In this document: piece by piece, positions 1 to 10,098 of the stretch
Position numbering within the stretch: position 1 is the stretch's first letter
How the letters are laid out: each line of letters begins with the position of its first letter
NCBI RefSeq assembly: GCF_001194135.2
Contig: NC_068996.1
Coordinates: forward strand, 30,629,363-30,674,240
Origin: Octopus bimaculoides
Taxonomy: Eukaryota
Length of the DNA stretch: 44,878 bases
Direction of reading: 5' to 3'
Program-made: the position numbers and the translations under genes
Notes under the pieces: model-generated
Seen by the model: only the letters and a program-made list of their open reading frames with translations
Database searches by the model: none
What the model was told of the DNA's origin: nothing

Positions 1-327
1 CTTCTAACCGGTTTTCATTCCGAAAAGCAAATTATCAAGAAGAAAGAGAATGAAAATGTTTTTTTACAAAGAAGTACAAAATGAAGAAAATAATATATAA
101 AACAATAATATATAAAAAAATAAATATACCCATACATTATATTGTCTGAGCTTTTGTAGTTCAATAGTAGTTCATGTATAAACTGGTAGGAAAAATAAGG
201 ATGCATGAGAGTTGAGAGTTTTGTTAGGTTTATTTACTGACTTATATATATATATATATATATTATTTACTGACTTATATATATATATATATATATATAT
301 ATAATGATTCCATCTCTTTTCTATCAG

Positions 328-468
328 ACAGGCTTGGCGTGCTCTTGGTGACATGCCACAGACACAAGCAATGGCTGAATTTGTGACAACACTTGATCGC
401 CTCTGTCCCCTGCTCCGGCCATTTGTCCAAGCTCACCGAACCGAGAGGGATGACAAGCTACGGAAAGA
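328..468 (+). CDS. ACBD3: ACBD3 coding exon (first visible; C-terminal part of the acyl-CoA-binding domain). Gene is 5'-incomplete in this window
   Basis: Acceptor ttttctatcAG at 326-327, donor GTGAGT at 469. Translates (R)QAWRALGDMPQTQAMAEFVTTLDRLCPLLRPFVQAHRTERDDKLRK, matching the recalled ACBD3 segment [24 protein letters not shown]. Phase 2 at both ends. Confidence 0.93.
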
Positions 469-686
469 GTGAGTATGTAATAATGGTAGTTATATGCGAT
501 TTTCATGTTTCTTTGGTGCTCATATATTCATACATATATATGTTGCCCCACTGGTGTGAACCAAGAACAAGTCAATTTGCGATATATATCTGCCCACTGT
601 ATTGAGTTCTTTGTCAGATAATGCTTATATAGTATGTCATAATATATATTTAAGAATGTAAAGATGTGTGTATTTATATGTGTTCA

Positions 687-941
687 TATCTAGTATATAT
701 AAATCACATATATCTAGTATATATAAATCACAGTATGTGTGTGTATAATGAGTAACGCATACATTTTCACAATTCTCAACCAATTTTCACAAAACTTTGC
801 ACACACATTACTTATGTCCCGAGGATGGTCATGCACTATAACATTTTGCCCAGAGCTTCCACGTAAATGGATGTAAATGAACATAGTTTATTGTATGGAG
901 GGTCTTCCATACTTTTTTAAATCTGTCTGTGTCTGTCTGTA

Positions 942-1035
<94 letters not shown>

Positions 1036-1290
1036 GCTGAGAATGTCTGTCTGAATGTGTGTATCTCTAAAACTCGAGAACTACCCAACTGATTTCATTC
1101 AAGTTTTACACATGCCTTACTTAGGGTCCATGCAGTGTCATGGGCCAAAACAATTTCCAACTTCTTGCCTAATGTGAGCCTGGAGCAATCTCTTACACTA
1201 TTTCAGTATTACATGTCAAAGTGAAACATCTCTTTTGTAATGTGAGATACTTTCAGTTTAATAGTTTCATGAGGAATACTGAAAGTATTA
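687..1290 (+). mobile_element. Two adjacent putative non-autonomous Helitron-like (HINE/DINE-type) 5' ends
   Basis: TCTAGTATATATAAATCACA duplicated at about 687-731. At about 1011, TCTATATATA...GAGAATGTCTGTCTG...AAAACTCGAGAACTAC..CTGATTTCATTCAAGTTTT, a layout recalled from non-autonomous Helitrons. No 3' hairpin/CTAG end identified. Confidence 0.4.
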
Positions 1291-1653
1291 AAATGAAACT
1301 GTTATCTCACATGTATATCTCACACACATAAATGCATACGTGTATGTGTGTGTATATATATATATATATATGCATGTATATATGTGTATATACATCTGTA
1401 CATATGTATATATATATATATATATATATATNNNNNNNNNNNNNNNNNNNNNNNNNNNNNNNNNNNNNNNNNNNNNNNNNNNNNNNNNNNNNNNNNNNNN
1501 NNNNNNNNNNNNNNNNNNNNNNNNNNNNNNNNNNNNNNNNNNNNNNNNNNNNNNNNNNNNNNNNNNNNNNNNNNNNNNNNNNNNNNNNNNNNNNNNNNNN
1601 NNNNNNNNNNNNNNNNNNNNNNNNNNNNNNNNNNNNNNNNNNNNNNNNNNNNN

Positions 1654-3110
1654 TAAATTAAGTTTCACAGAGTAAAATATATATAAATATATAGTTTTAG
1701 GGAAAAGAACCAAGGTTCATGAACTCATCGATGAAAATCCACTGGCACATATAGAAAAATTAATAATTAAAAGCACAATAAATGAGTATAATATAATACA
1801 AAGTAAATATCATAAGATAAAGATAATAAAATGACTACACGTGTTTCATAACTAATTTTCAAATAGAAAGGAAATTTAAATCGATTAAAATCGATTAAAA
1901 CTATCGAAAATCAATTTTATTCAAAAATATAGCTAATCTTCAGGTCAAAATACAACAACAATAATAACAAATGAATGTATATATATCAACCAACAATAAG
2001 TACCAAATGAATTTATATAAAATACTTATTGTATAAAGATAGAAAAATATTATTGAAAATATCAAAATAATAAACATTTCATAATCAATCCTACATCCAT
2101 TATAATATATGCTAACAGGTGTATTATATACAAAAACCAGCTTAAATAAATTTTTTCGTTTTAAATACAATTCAAACGAAGTTTAAGGTTAAAATAATAA
2201 TAAAGATAATATTAGCACATATTTAAACGATGCAATAGTTAAAGCTAGACTATTTAAGACTAAAACTGTTTATTTAATTATCATTAAAAATCAATTGAAT
2301 AATAAGAAAATACAAGAATATTTATTTTTTTCAAACGATGATATAAACAAAGTAAAAATTATACTAATCAAAATGTTGTTGCAGTTCAAACTGAAACTTA
2401 AACGTAAGAATCAAAACTAAAGGTTTATTAGAAATAAAAATATGAATGAAAAATTATTATGAATGAAAGATTAAACTTTATATAGCTTAAGTCTTAAAAA
2501 AAAAACCTTTAATGATACTATAAACAATAAAGACTAGTTATTTATCAAATAGTATTAATCGAAAATATTTCAACCCTAATCAAATCGAAGTCGTATATTA
2601 TGTTGAAATGATACTCTAACTTCTAAATAATTTAGTGTTAAATAAGGTATCGATTAAAAACAATCTTTAAAAAACCAATTGAATAATATAAAATACAAGA
2701 ATGTGTATTATTTTCAAACAGTGATAAAATCGTTTAACAAAATAAAAACTGTACTTATCCAAATGTTGTTGTAATTCAAACTGAAACTTAGACGTTAACT
2801 AAGAACTATAGCGTTTATTAAAAAAAGGTCGCGCGAAAATACTACGTTAAAATAGAGAATAGAATATGAAAACATGAATGAAAGAATAATACTTAAAATA
2901 ATGAATGAAAGATTTAAACTTTATATAACTAACAACATAAAAAACCCAGCTATCTTATAAAACATATTAATGAATTTTAAATTCTAATATATAATAAATT
3001 AATAATAAGACTAAGAATCATAAATTAAATAATATGTATGAAATAAGCTAAAATACTACTATTGATTTAATCTTATAAAAATCGTAGTGTCATTACAATA
3101 TAAATCCTTA
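1654..3110. repeat. Very AT-rich, CpG-retaining block with an internal diverged duplication (unclassified, possibly Penelope-related)
   Basis: Shared anchors CAATTGAATAAT at 2292/2676 and AAATGTTGTTG at 2371/2761 (offset about 385-390 nt). Many TCGA/ACG sites despite the very low GC content. Confidence 0.55.
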
Positions 3111-3293
3111 AACTAGCACTGACCAGGTAGAAGCCCACAAGATTGTCTACCATCTTTTCAACAACAATTGTGGGCACCTTTTTGAATTCACTATATGTAC
3201 ATCAATGGACATATCAAATAAACACACACATGCTTTCATATTTGTTCACATACCCTAATGGTTTATATTAATTTTCCCTTTCCACTACAATAG

Positions 3294-3407
3294 ACAAGAA
3301 GAATTAGAACGCAAGCGTTTAGAAGAAGAAGAACGCCTTAGACAAGAGATGGAAATTGAGGCTGCAAGGCGTCAACAGTTGCAACGGGAACATCAACTAG
3401 AACAAGA
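3294..3407 (+). CDS. ACBD3: ACBD3 coding exon (charged E/R-rich coiled-coil region)
   Basis: Acceptor tAG at 3292-3293, donor GTGAGT at 3408. Translates (E)QEELERKRLEEEERLRQEMEIEAARRQQLQREHQLEQ. Phase 2/2 joins both neighbours in frame. Confidence 0.9.
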
Positions 3408-3461
3408 GTGAGTATCTATAGTTTTATACTTTGAGTATGCATAAACTGATTGGTAGTATCA

Positions 3462-3770
3462 TCATCACATCGTTTAACGTCTGTCTTCCATGCTAGCATG
3501 GGTGGGATGGTTTCACAAGAGCAGGCCAAAGCCTGTACCAGACTTCTGTGACTGTTTTGGTAGGATTTTTACAGCTGGATGCCCTTCCTAACACCTACCA
3601 CTCAGCAGAGTAGACTCACAGGCGAGGTGAGTAGTGCTTTTTACATGGCACAAGCACAGGCAAGGTTTTTACAGTTGGATGCCCTTTTGAACATAACCAC
3701 CTTACTGTGTGGACTAGGTGCTTTTAAGTGGCACCTGCACTGACAGTCACCAAGTACTTGCAAGGCAAAA
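3462..3770 (-). mobile_element. Older RTE-tail-derived short repeat, (GAT)n tail family
   Basis: ATCATCATCACATCGTTTAACGTCTGTCTTCCATGCTAGCATGGG...ACAGCTGGATGCCCTTCCTAAC, shared with the RTE 3' end at 19940-20120. Confidence 0.75.
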
Positions 3771-3789
3771 AAAATTGTAAACATTGTTA

Positions 3790-4175
3790 CCTTTTTAAGA
3801 TGTTTTGATGTGATTGTGCTTCCTCTGTAACAGACATCATCTGGTACTTTGGAGCTAAGTAACTAAAGTCCTCAACTACTTCCAAAGATCTATCTAAACT
3901 TAGGAAAGAATCTATTTTCTGAGTGTGCTTAATGCTTATTGCTCCAGTGCACTTGTTGTATATGAAATCTTCCTTCTGTGATGAGCTGCCTTTTATTTCA
4001 CTACACATCTATATATCCATAACTAGTTTTTATGGCTCTTGTACATCTTCCATATACAAACACAACCTTCCATGATAACCTTCCTATTATTTCACTGCAT
4101 CTCTTGTGCATGCATAGCTTGCATATCAAATGTAATTCCTGCCAAAATATCAATATTTCCATGTATAAATATATT
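3790..4175 (-). mobile_element. Degenerate RTE ORF2 internal fragment (PHD-like finger region)
   Basis: Translates CKLCMHKRCSEIIGRLSWKVVFVYGRCTRAI and KIDSFLSLDRSLEVVEDFSYL, homologous to 18720-18890. Confidence 0.75.
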
Positions 4176-4180
4176 TTATA

Positions 4181-4510
4181 TAGATGCAGACATGGCTTTG
4201 TGGCTAAGAAATTCACTTTGCAACCACATGGTTTTAGGTTCAGTTTCACTGTGTAGCATCTTGGGAAGTAAACTAGTCTTGGCTTAAACAAATAGCTTGT
4301 ATGTATCTTTGAGTCTGTGTTTGACCAACCCATTTAACTGGTTGACAACTGGTCTTGATTTGTTTATGTCCCTTTAACTTAACAGTTCAGTAATAAAATG
4401 AGTACCAGACTTAAGAAGTAAGTACTGGGGTCAGCTTGACTAAAACCCTTCAAGGCAGTGTGCCAGCTTGGCTGCAGACCTATGATTGAAAAATATAAAA
4501 GATAAAAGAG
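4181..4510 (+). mobile_element. tRNA-derived SINE, degenerate copy
   Basis: A-box-like TGGCTTTGTGG, B-box-like GGTTCAGTTTC and the tail AGTACCAGACTT...CAAGGCAGTGTGCCAGC, shared with 37579-37956. Confidence 0.7.
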
Positions 4511-4569
4511 ATATAAATAATTGTATATATTTATATGTAACAATATACGTATATCAGTGTGTATATATA

Positions 4570-5503
4570 TCATCATCATCGTTTAACGTCCGCTTTCCAT
4601 GCTAGCATGGGTTGGACGATTTGACTGAGGACTGGTGGAGCCCGAAGGCTACACCAGGCTCCAATCTGATTTGGCAGAGTTTCTACAGCTGGATGCCCTT
4701 CCTAACGCCAACCACTCCGAGAGTGTAGTAGGTGCTTTTACGTGTCACCCGCACGAAGGCCAGTCAGGTNNNNNNNNNNNNNNNNNNNNNNNNNNNNNNN
4801 NNNNNNNNNNNNNNNNNNNNNNNNNNNNNNNNNNNNNNNNNNNNNNNNNNNNNNNNNNNNNNNNNNNNNNNNNNNNNNNNNNNNNNNNNNNNNNNNNNNN
4901 NNNNNNNNNNNNNNNNNNNNNNNNNNNNNNNNNNNNNNNNNNNNNNNNNNNNNNNNNNNNNNNNNNNNNNNNNNNNNNNNNNNNNNNNNNNNNNNNNNNN
5001 NNNNNNNNNNNNNNNNNNNNNNNNNNNNNNNNNNNNNNNNNNNNNNNNNNNNNNNNNNNNNNNNNNNNNNNNNNNNNNNNNNNNNNNNNNNNNNNNNNNN
5101 NNNAGTTTCGTGTCCAACGAAGGAGATGATGTTGGCATGGGTGCCAGTCGTCGAATTTAGTTTGATTTCGATTTCACTTGCCTCAACAGGTCTTCGCAAG
5201 CGGAGTTTAGTGTCCAATGAAGGGAAGGTACGCATAAGTGGGCTGGCTACACCCCTGGCAGAGGCCTTGGATTTAGGTCTCACTTGGCCTGCTGGGTCTT
5301 CTCACGCACAGCATATTTCTAGAGGTCTCGGTCAGAAGTCATCGCCTTGGTGAGGCCCAATGTTCGAAGGTTGTGCCTCACCACCTCATCCCAGGTTTTC
5401 CTGGGCCTACCTCTTCCACAGGTTCCCTCAACTGCTAGGGTGTGGCACTTTTTCACACAGCTATCCTCATCCATTCTCGCTATATGACCATACCAACACA
5501 ATC
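4570..5503 (-). mobile_element. 5'-truncated RTE LINE (ORF2 end plus 3' UTR plus (GAT)n), spanning gap 4770-5103
   Basis: Minus-strand WYGHIARMDEDSCVKKCHTLAVEGTCGRGRPRKTWDEVV plus a tail closely matching 19230-20120. Confidence 0.92.
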
Positions 5504-5681
5504 GTCATAATTTCTTTTGGCTTTAAAAATACACATTTATGTATATTAGACTGTGCATATATAAATTCACAAACACACACATACACATATTTATATGTAT
5601 CTGTGTGTATGTGTATATATATCTGTGTCTGTGTGTATAAATATTACTCATTTAAGAATTTCCATATTTTTCTACATCCAG

Positions 5682-5769
5682 GATGCAGATACGAGCAGCC
5701 CTTAATCAGCAAACAGCTGTCCAGTTCCAACAGTATGCTGAGGCCCAATATCCAAAGAATCGGCAACAG
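5682..5769 (+). CDS. ACBD3: ACBD3 coding exon (start of the Q domain)
   Basis: Acceptor cAG at 5680-5681, donor GTTTGC at 5770. Translates (E)[29 protein letters not shown], close to the recalled ACBD3 [24 protein letters not shown]. Confidence 0.95.
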
Positions 5770-6123
5770 GTTTGCTGCATCATTGAATATCTACATACTA
5801 ATAATGGATATGTCTGCATATATGTGTGGGTGTTTAGATATGTATATGAAGTTAGGAATGTGTGTAAGATAACAGGGTAATGCAGTTGAGAAAGTAAAGG
5901 AGTGGGGTGAAATAAAATAAAACCAGATAAAATAAATAAAAAGTAGTAGAGAACAAGGAGGTATGAGAAGGTTTGATATTCTATCATAGAACTTTGGATA
6001 TAGAAGTTTTAAAGGTTCATGGATGTAAGAGATTACAGATATATTAATGGTTTGTGAATATAAAAGCAGATATAAAACAGAAAGATAGACACATAGGCAG
6101 GTCCATCGATAAATACATAGATA

Positions 6124-7294
6124 ACAGGCTGAGTAAATAGTAAGCAACATTTTGAAACATGAAATTCATCACAATATATTTCAACAATGCAGAAATTTTA
6201 TTCATCAAAGTAAGTACCATTGCATTTTTGCCAATGAGTTACAAGATTGTTTATTCTGGTAACATGAAATTCACGGAGTTCTGAAGCTGATGAACTCTTT
6301 GAACACACTTTCAGTATGGGTTTGATTTTTTAAACTCCCCTTGAAGGAAACCATCAAGGTGCTTGGAAAAGTGGTAGTAGGTAGGGGAGAGATCTGGGGA
6401 ATAAGCTGGGTTGGGAAGAACTTCATAGCCAAGTTCCCTCAACTTCTGGAGCATCATTAGTGAAATGTGTGGTCAAGCATTGTGAAGAATGATTGATCCT
6501 CTTCTGTTGACTAGTCTGGGATGGAGGAGTAGCAGTTTTTCTTTCATTTTGGCAATTTCTTGGCAATATATTTCTGCAGTAATGGGTTTTCAGGGTTTTA
6601 AGAAGTTATAGTGGAAGAGTCCAGCAGCAGTCACCAAACAGTCACCATAACCTTCTTTTTGAAGAGCTTGTGTTTAGGAAAGGTTTTCAATGCTTCNNNN
6701 NNNNNNNNNNNNNNNNNNNNNNNNNNNNNNNNNNNNNNNNNNNNNNNNNNNNNNNNNNNNNNNNNNNNNNNNNNNNNNNNNNNNNNNNNNNNNNNNNNNN
6801 NNNNNNNNNNNNNNNNNNNNNNNNNNNNNNNNNNNNNNNNNNNNNNNNNNNNNNNNNNNNNNNNNNNNNNNNNNNNNNNNNNNNNNNNNNNNNNNNNNNN
6901 NNNNNNNNNNNNNNNNNNNNNNNNNNNNNNNNNNNNNNNNNNNNNNNNNNNNNNNNNNNNNNNNNNNNNNNNNNNNCTTCAAGGCTCAGGTCTCCACTGT
7001 GAAATCGTTTAAACCATTTTGAAGCTGCCCACTCATTGGTCATTTCCTCACCAAACATTTTGTTGATATCACAAGCAGTTTCAGCTTGTATATCATGCTT
7101 TGACAGTTCCATTTCAGATGATTATAACAATGGTGAAAAGAAATATCAATGCTAATTTATTGATGCATTTGGGCAAATCTATCTCTGTATTATCAGACAA
7201 TTGAAAAAAAATGTTTAAAAAAAATTAAAAACTGCAAAAATCCAATACAAATTCTTCATGGTTCAAAACGTTGCTTACTTTTTACTCAACCTGA
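6124..7294 (-). mobile_element. Mariner DNA transposon (Hsmar1/cecropia-like), defective, with both TIRs and TA TSDs
   Basis: 33-bp TIRs at 6124-6156 and 7262-7294 (29/33 match), flanked by TA at 6122-6123 and 7295-7296. Transposase remnants WFKRFHSGDLSLE and LGYEVLPNPAYSPDLSPTYYHFSKH...WQKCNGTYFDE, with an in-frame stop. Confidence 0.93.
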
Positions 7295-7399
7295 TAGATA
7301 GACAGATAGATCGATATATAGATAGAGGTTATCCTACAAATGGCTTGTGACCTGCAGACTTTCTTTATCCGTATTTTTTTATTCTTTCTTGGTGGCTAT

Positions 7400-8150
7400 T
7401 GCTGGTGTTGGTTAAAGATTTTGGAAGCAGTAGATATGTTTCCTTACATCCAGCTCATTACAACAGTTCAGGTTAGGTGCCTTCTTCCTAATAATGTGTG
7501 CTTCTGTGATCCTGATGTTATCTGCATCTGTCCCCCTCACTCTTATCTTGGTGGAAAACCCTCCCACCACAGTATTGGTGGTGTTGAGACACTGCACTGG
7601 GTAGTGTGGCCTCCTTGTAGAGATGTCCCTTCACTCTAAGGTTGTTGCCTTCTGGTTGGTCCTATGTATTTCTCTCTGCAAGAGCATGTCAGTTGATTCA
7701 CCACCTTGGATTTAAAGCACAGCTGATGCTGTCCGTTGATTATATTGTTCTGATTGGACATTAGTTTAGGCAGCATGTGTCTGTTGTGTTATTGGTGTGT
7801 GAGAGGTAGTATTTGAGCATGTGTCCCTCTTGTTATTCTGATGAAGTCAGATGTCTTGATATTTTTTTTTTTAATGTGTTCTCTACTGTCCCTCAGTAAA
7901 ATGATAGATTAATGTAGATCCAGTGTTTACACTTCTCCTGTTTTTTGTCTGTTAGTTTACTCTCTGTTCTTATATTTGTTGTCAATTTTATAAGTAGTTT
8001 TTAAAAATGCTTGACATTTCAGAAAGGATATTTTCTAAGTTCTTATATTTTGGTGCAATAATGTGGGACAGTTAGTTCTTTACAAATAGATAACCCAGTT
8101 ATATGGAAAGATGTTTAGAAAGAGTGTCGGCAAGATATGGGTGGATTAGT
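7400..8150 (-). mobile_element. Penelope-like element fragment (GIY-YIG endonuclease region)
   Basis: Minus strand reads CFKSKVVNQLTCSCREKYIGPTRR (degenerate VVY...YIG) followed by ITEAHIIRKKAPNLN, typical of PLE GIY-YIG C-termini. Interrupted by stops. Confidence 0.65.
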
Positions 8151-8286
8151 TCAATTAAAGATGAAAGATAAAAAACAGGAAATAGTGAGTATGATGATAT
8201 TGCCAAAAGAAAGAAAAGAAAAAGATTTTTAAGTGAAATATAAGAAAGAAGAAAGAATATTTATAATGGAGTCTTTGAAAGGAGCA

Positions 8287-8450
8287 AATCATCATCATCA
8301 TTGTTTAACGTCCATCTTCCATGCATGCATGGGTAGAACAGTAGACAGGAGCTGGCCAGGTAGAAAATCTACCCAAGGCTATTGTGTATGTTTTGGCAGT
8401 GATTTTACAGCTGGATGCCCTTCTTAACACCAACCACTCTGTAGACTGAT
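8287..8450 (-). mobile_element. Older RTE-tail-derived short repeat
   Basis: CATCATCATCATTGTTTAACGTCCATCTTCCATGC...ACAGCTGGATGCCCTTC. Confidence 0.7.
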
Positions 8451-8849
8451 AACATTTGCAAAAAAAAAATGTCTTCATTTTGTTTACTCTCTACAGGAGA
8501 GGCTAATGACATCAAAAAAAAGATAGGCATTAAATATTTAGTCATGCATTTATATGCAAATTAACATAGGCGCTAAAAATAAGTATCTGCTTTAAATAGT
8601 GTTTGCTATGAAGTTTTGTTCATAGACCATAGTGAAAAGGATGTTTGCCCTTTGAAGAGTGGCCAACCAGTCATGAAACTTGTTGAGACAATTTCCTTTT
8701 TCTGAGTGCAAGGTGTATAACAAGATGCATTCACATTTGCTTAAATTCAACAGTGTAGGCATTATAAACTATAGTCTAACTACATTAAATTTATTCTAGA
8801 TTTTCTAATACATAATGTTTGTGCATAAAAATTTTGTGTGTGTGTGTGC

Positions 8850-8880
<31 letters not shown>

Positions 8881-9301
8881 AAATAAAATAGACCTGTGTC
8901 TATTTCATGTGAAAACAGCTGTGCGAATTGCTTCCATACTTGGAATGCATGAATAATTTGACCTCGGATACATAATAGGGTCTTCAGTTTATTCTTTTCT
9001 TAAAAATAGTATTGCTTTATATTTATGATTCACTTCTTTAAAACGGTTTCTCAATGTCAACTTCCATTATTGATGTAGCAATGGTGAAATTTTTCGTTTT
9101 TCATTTGCGAAACCTCTCACTCTCTATTTCAATGTTTTCATTTCAAGTTTTAATTCGTTATTTGCAAACAACTACGATAAATTACTGAAAGAAATATTTA
9201 CTAAGTTCACAAATTTAAATATTTGGTACAAGATAGTTTTTAACGTGTTTTTATTTATACAGTTTTTTCATTTCATGTTTATTTCATTCATTGTTTGCAA
9301 T

Positions 9302-9353
<52 letters not shown>

Positions 9354-9568
9354 TCCAGGCTTGATTTTATTATTACACAAATATCACATTAGAATTTTGG
9401 GGCTTCCAAAAAAATATGGGCATTCTTTTGCTTGAATCTGCACACTTTGTTAATTTCTGTAAAAAAATTTTATTTTACTTTTTGCATGCCATGTTCAGGT
9501 ATATGTACTTGAAGTCAGTTACACAAGCACACGTGTGTTTTTGTATGTACGTTTGTATACATTTATGT

Positions 9569-9782
9569 ATGTGTGTGTGTGAGAGTGAGTGAAGGGATGT
9601 GTTGTCATGTATATGTACATACATAAATAGATATGCATACATCTTATTTGTATGTGTCTGTGAGAGAGAGAGAGTAGAGTGGTGTTAAAGTGGCACTCTC
9701 TCTCTCTCTAATGCATGCATACATACAAAAAAGATGTCTTATTTATTTATGTATGTATACATGACAACACACCCCTTTACTT

Positions 9783-9828
<46 letters not shown>

Positions 9829-9840
9829 GCACACACACAT
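9569..9840. repeat. Imperfect inverted repeat (fold-back) in ACBD3 intron
   Basis: Left arm 9569-9681 and right arm 9694-9840 are reverse complements apart from microsatellite length. Core AAGGGATGTGTTGTCATGTATA (9592-9613) matches the reverse complement of 9756-9777 at 21/22. Confidence 0.85.
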
Positions 9841-9869
9841 CCATTTTATCTGATGTTTGTACAGTAAAG

Positions 9870-10030
9870 CAAAGATGAGTACAGGTAGCCAGAGTCAATT
9901 TGAATTCTGCAACTCTGTTAAGTCTATTAAGTATGTTTGCAAATATATAAACAAAGGTTTAGATGCCTCAACATACACTCTTATGCAGAATGGCAGTCAG
10001 CAGATAAAGAAAAATGACAAAGATGCACAA
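9870..10030 (+). mobile_element. Helitron Rep (HUH/Y2) coding fragment
   Basis: EFCNSVKSIKYVCKYINKGLD matches the Helitron Rep motif (HINVE)xCNSVKSIKYICKYVNKGSD, which carries the catalytic tyrosines. Confidence 0.85.
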
Positions 10031-10098
10031 TATGACATGCACGCGCACACACACACACACACACACTAATGTATATATCTTTTTGTTTCTACATACAG

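Noticed and set aside
4635-5129. Recurring ORF MEPEGYTRLQSDLAEFLQLDALPNANHSES (also 11560, 15639, 19617, 26362)
   Set aside because: Antisense translation of the RTE 3' UTR. The recurrence reflects repeat copies, not a gene family.
8940-8995. Possible hammerhead (minus-strand CTGAAGA-CCC...GGTCAAAT)
   Set aside because: No GAAA after a closable stem II and no stem I/III. The surrounding 8880-9300 looks repeat-like, but I cannot classify it.
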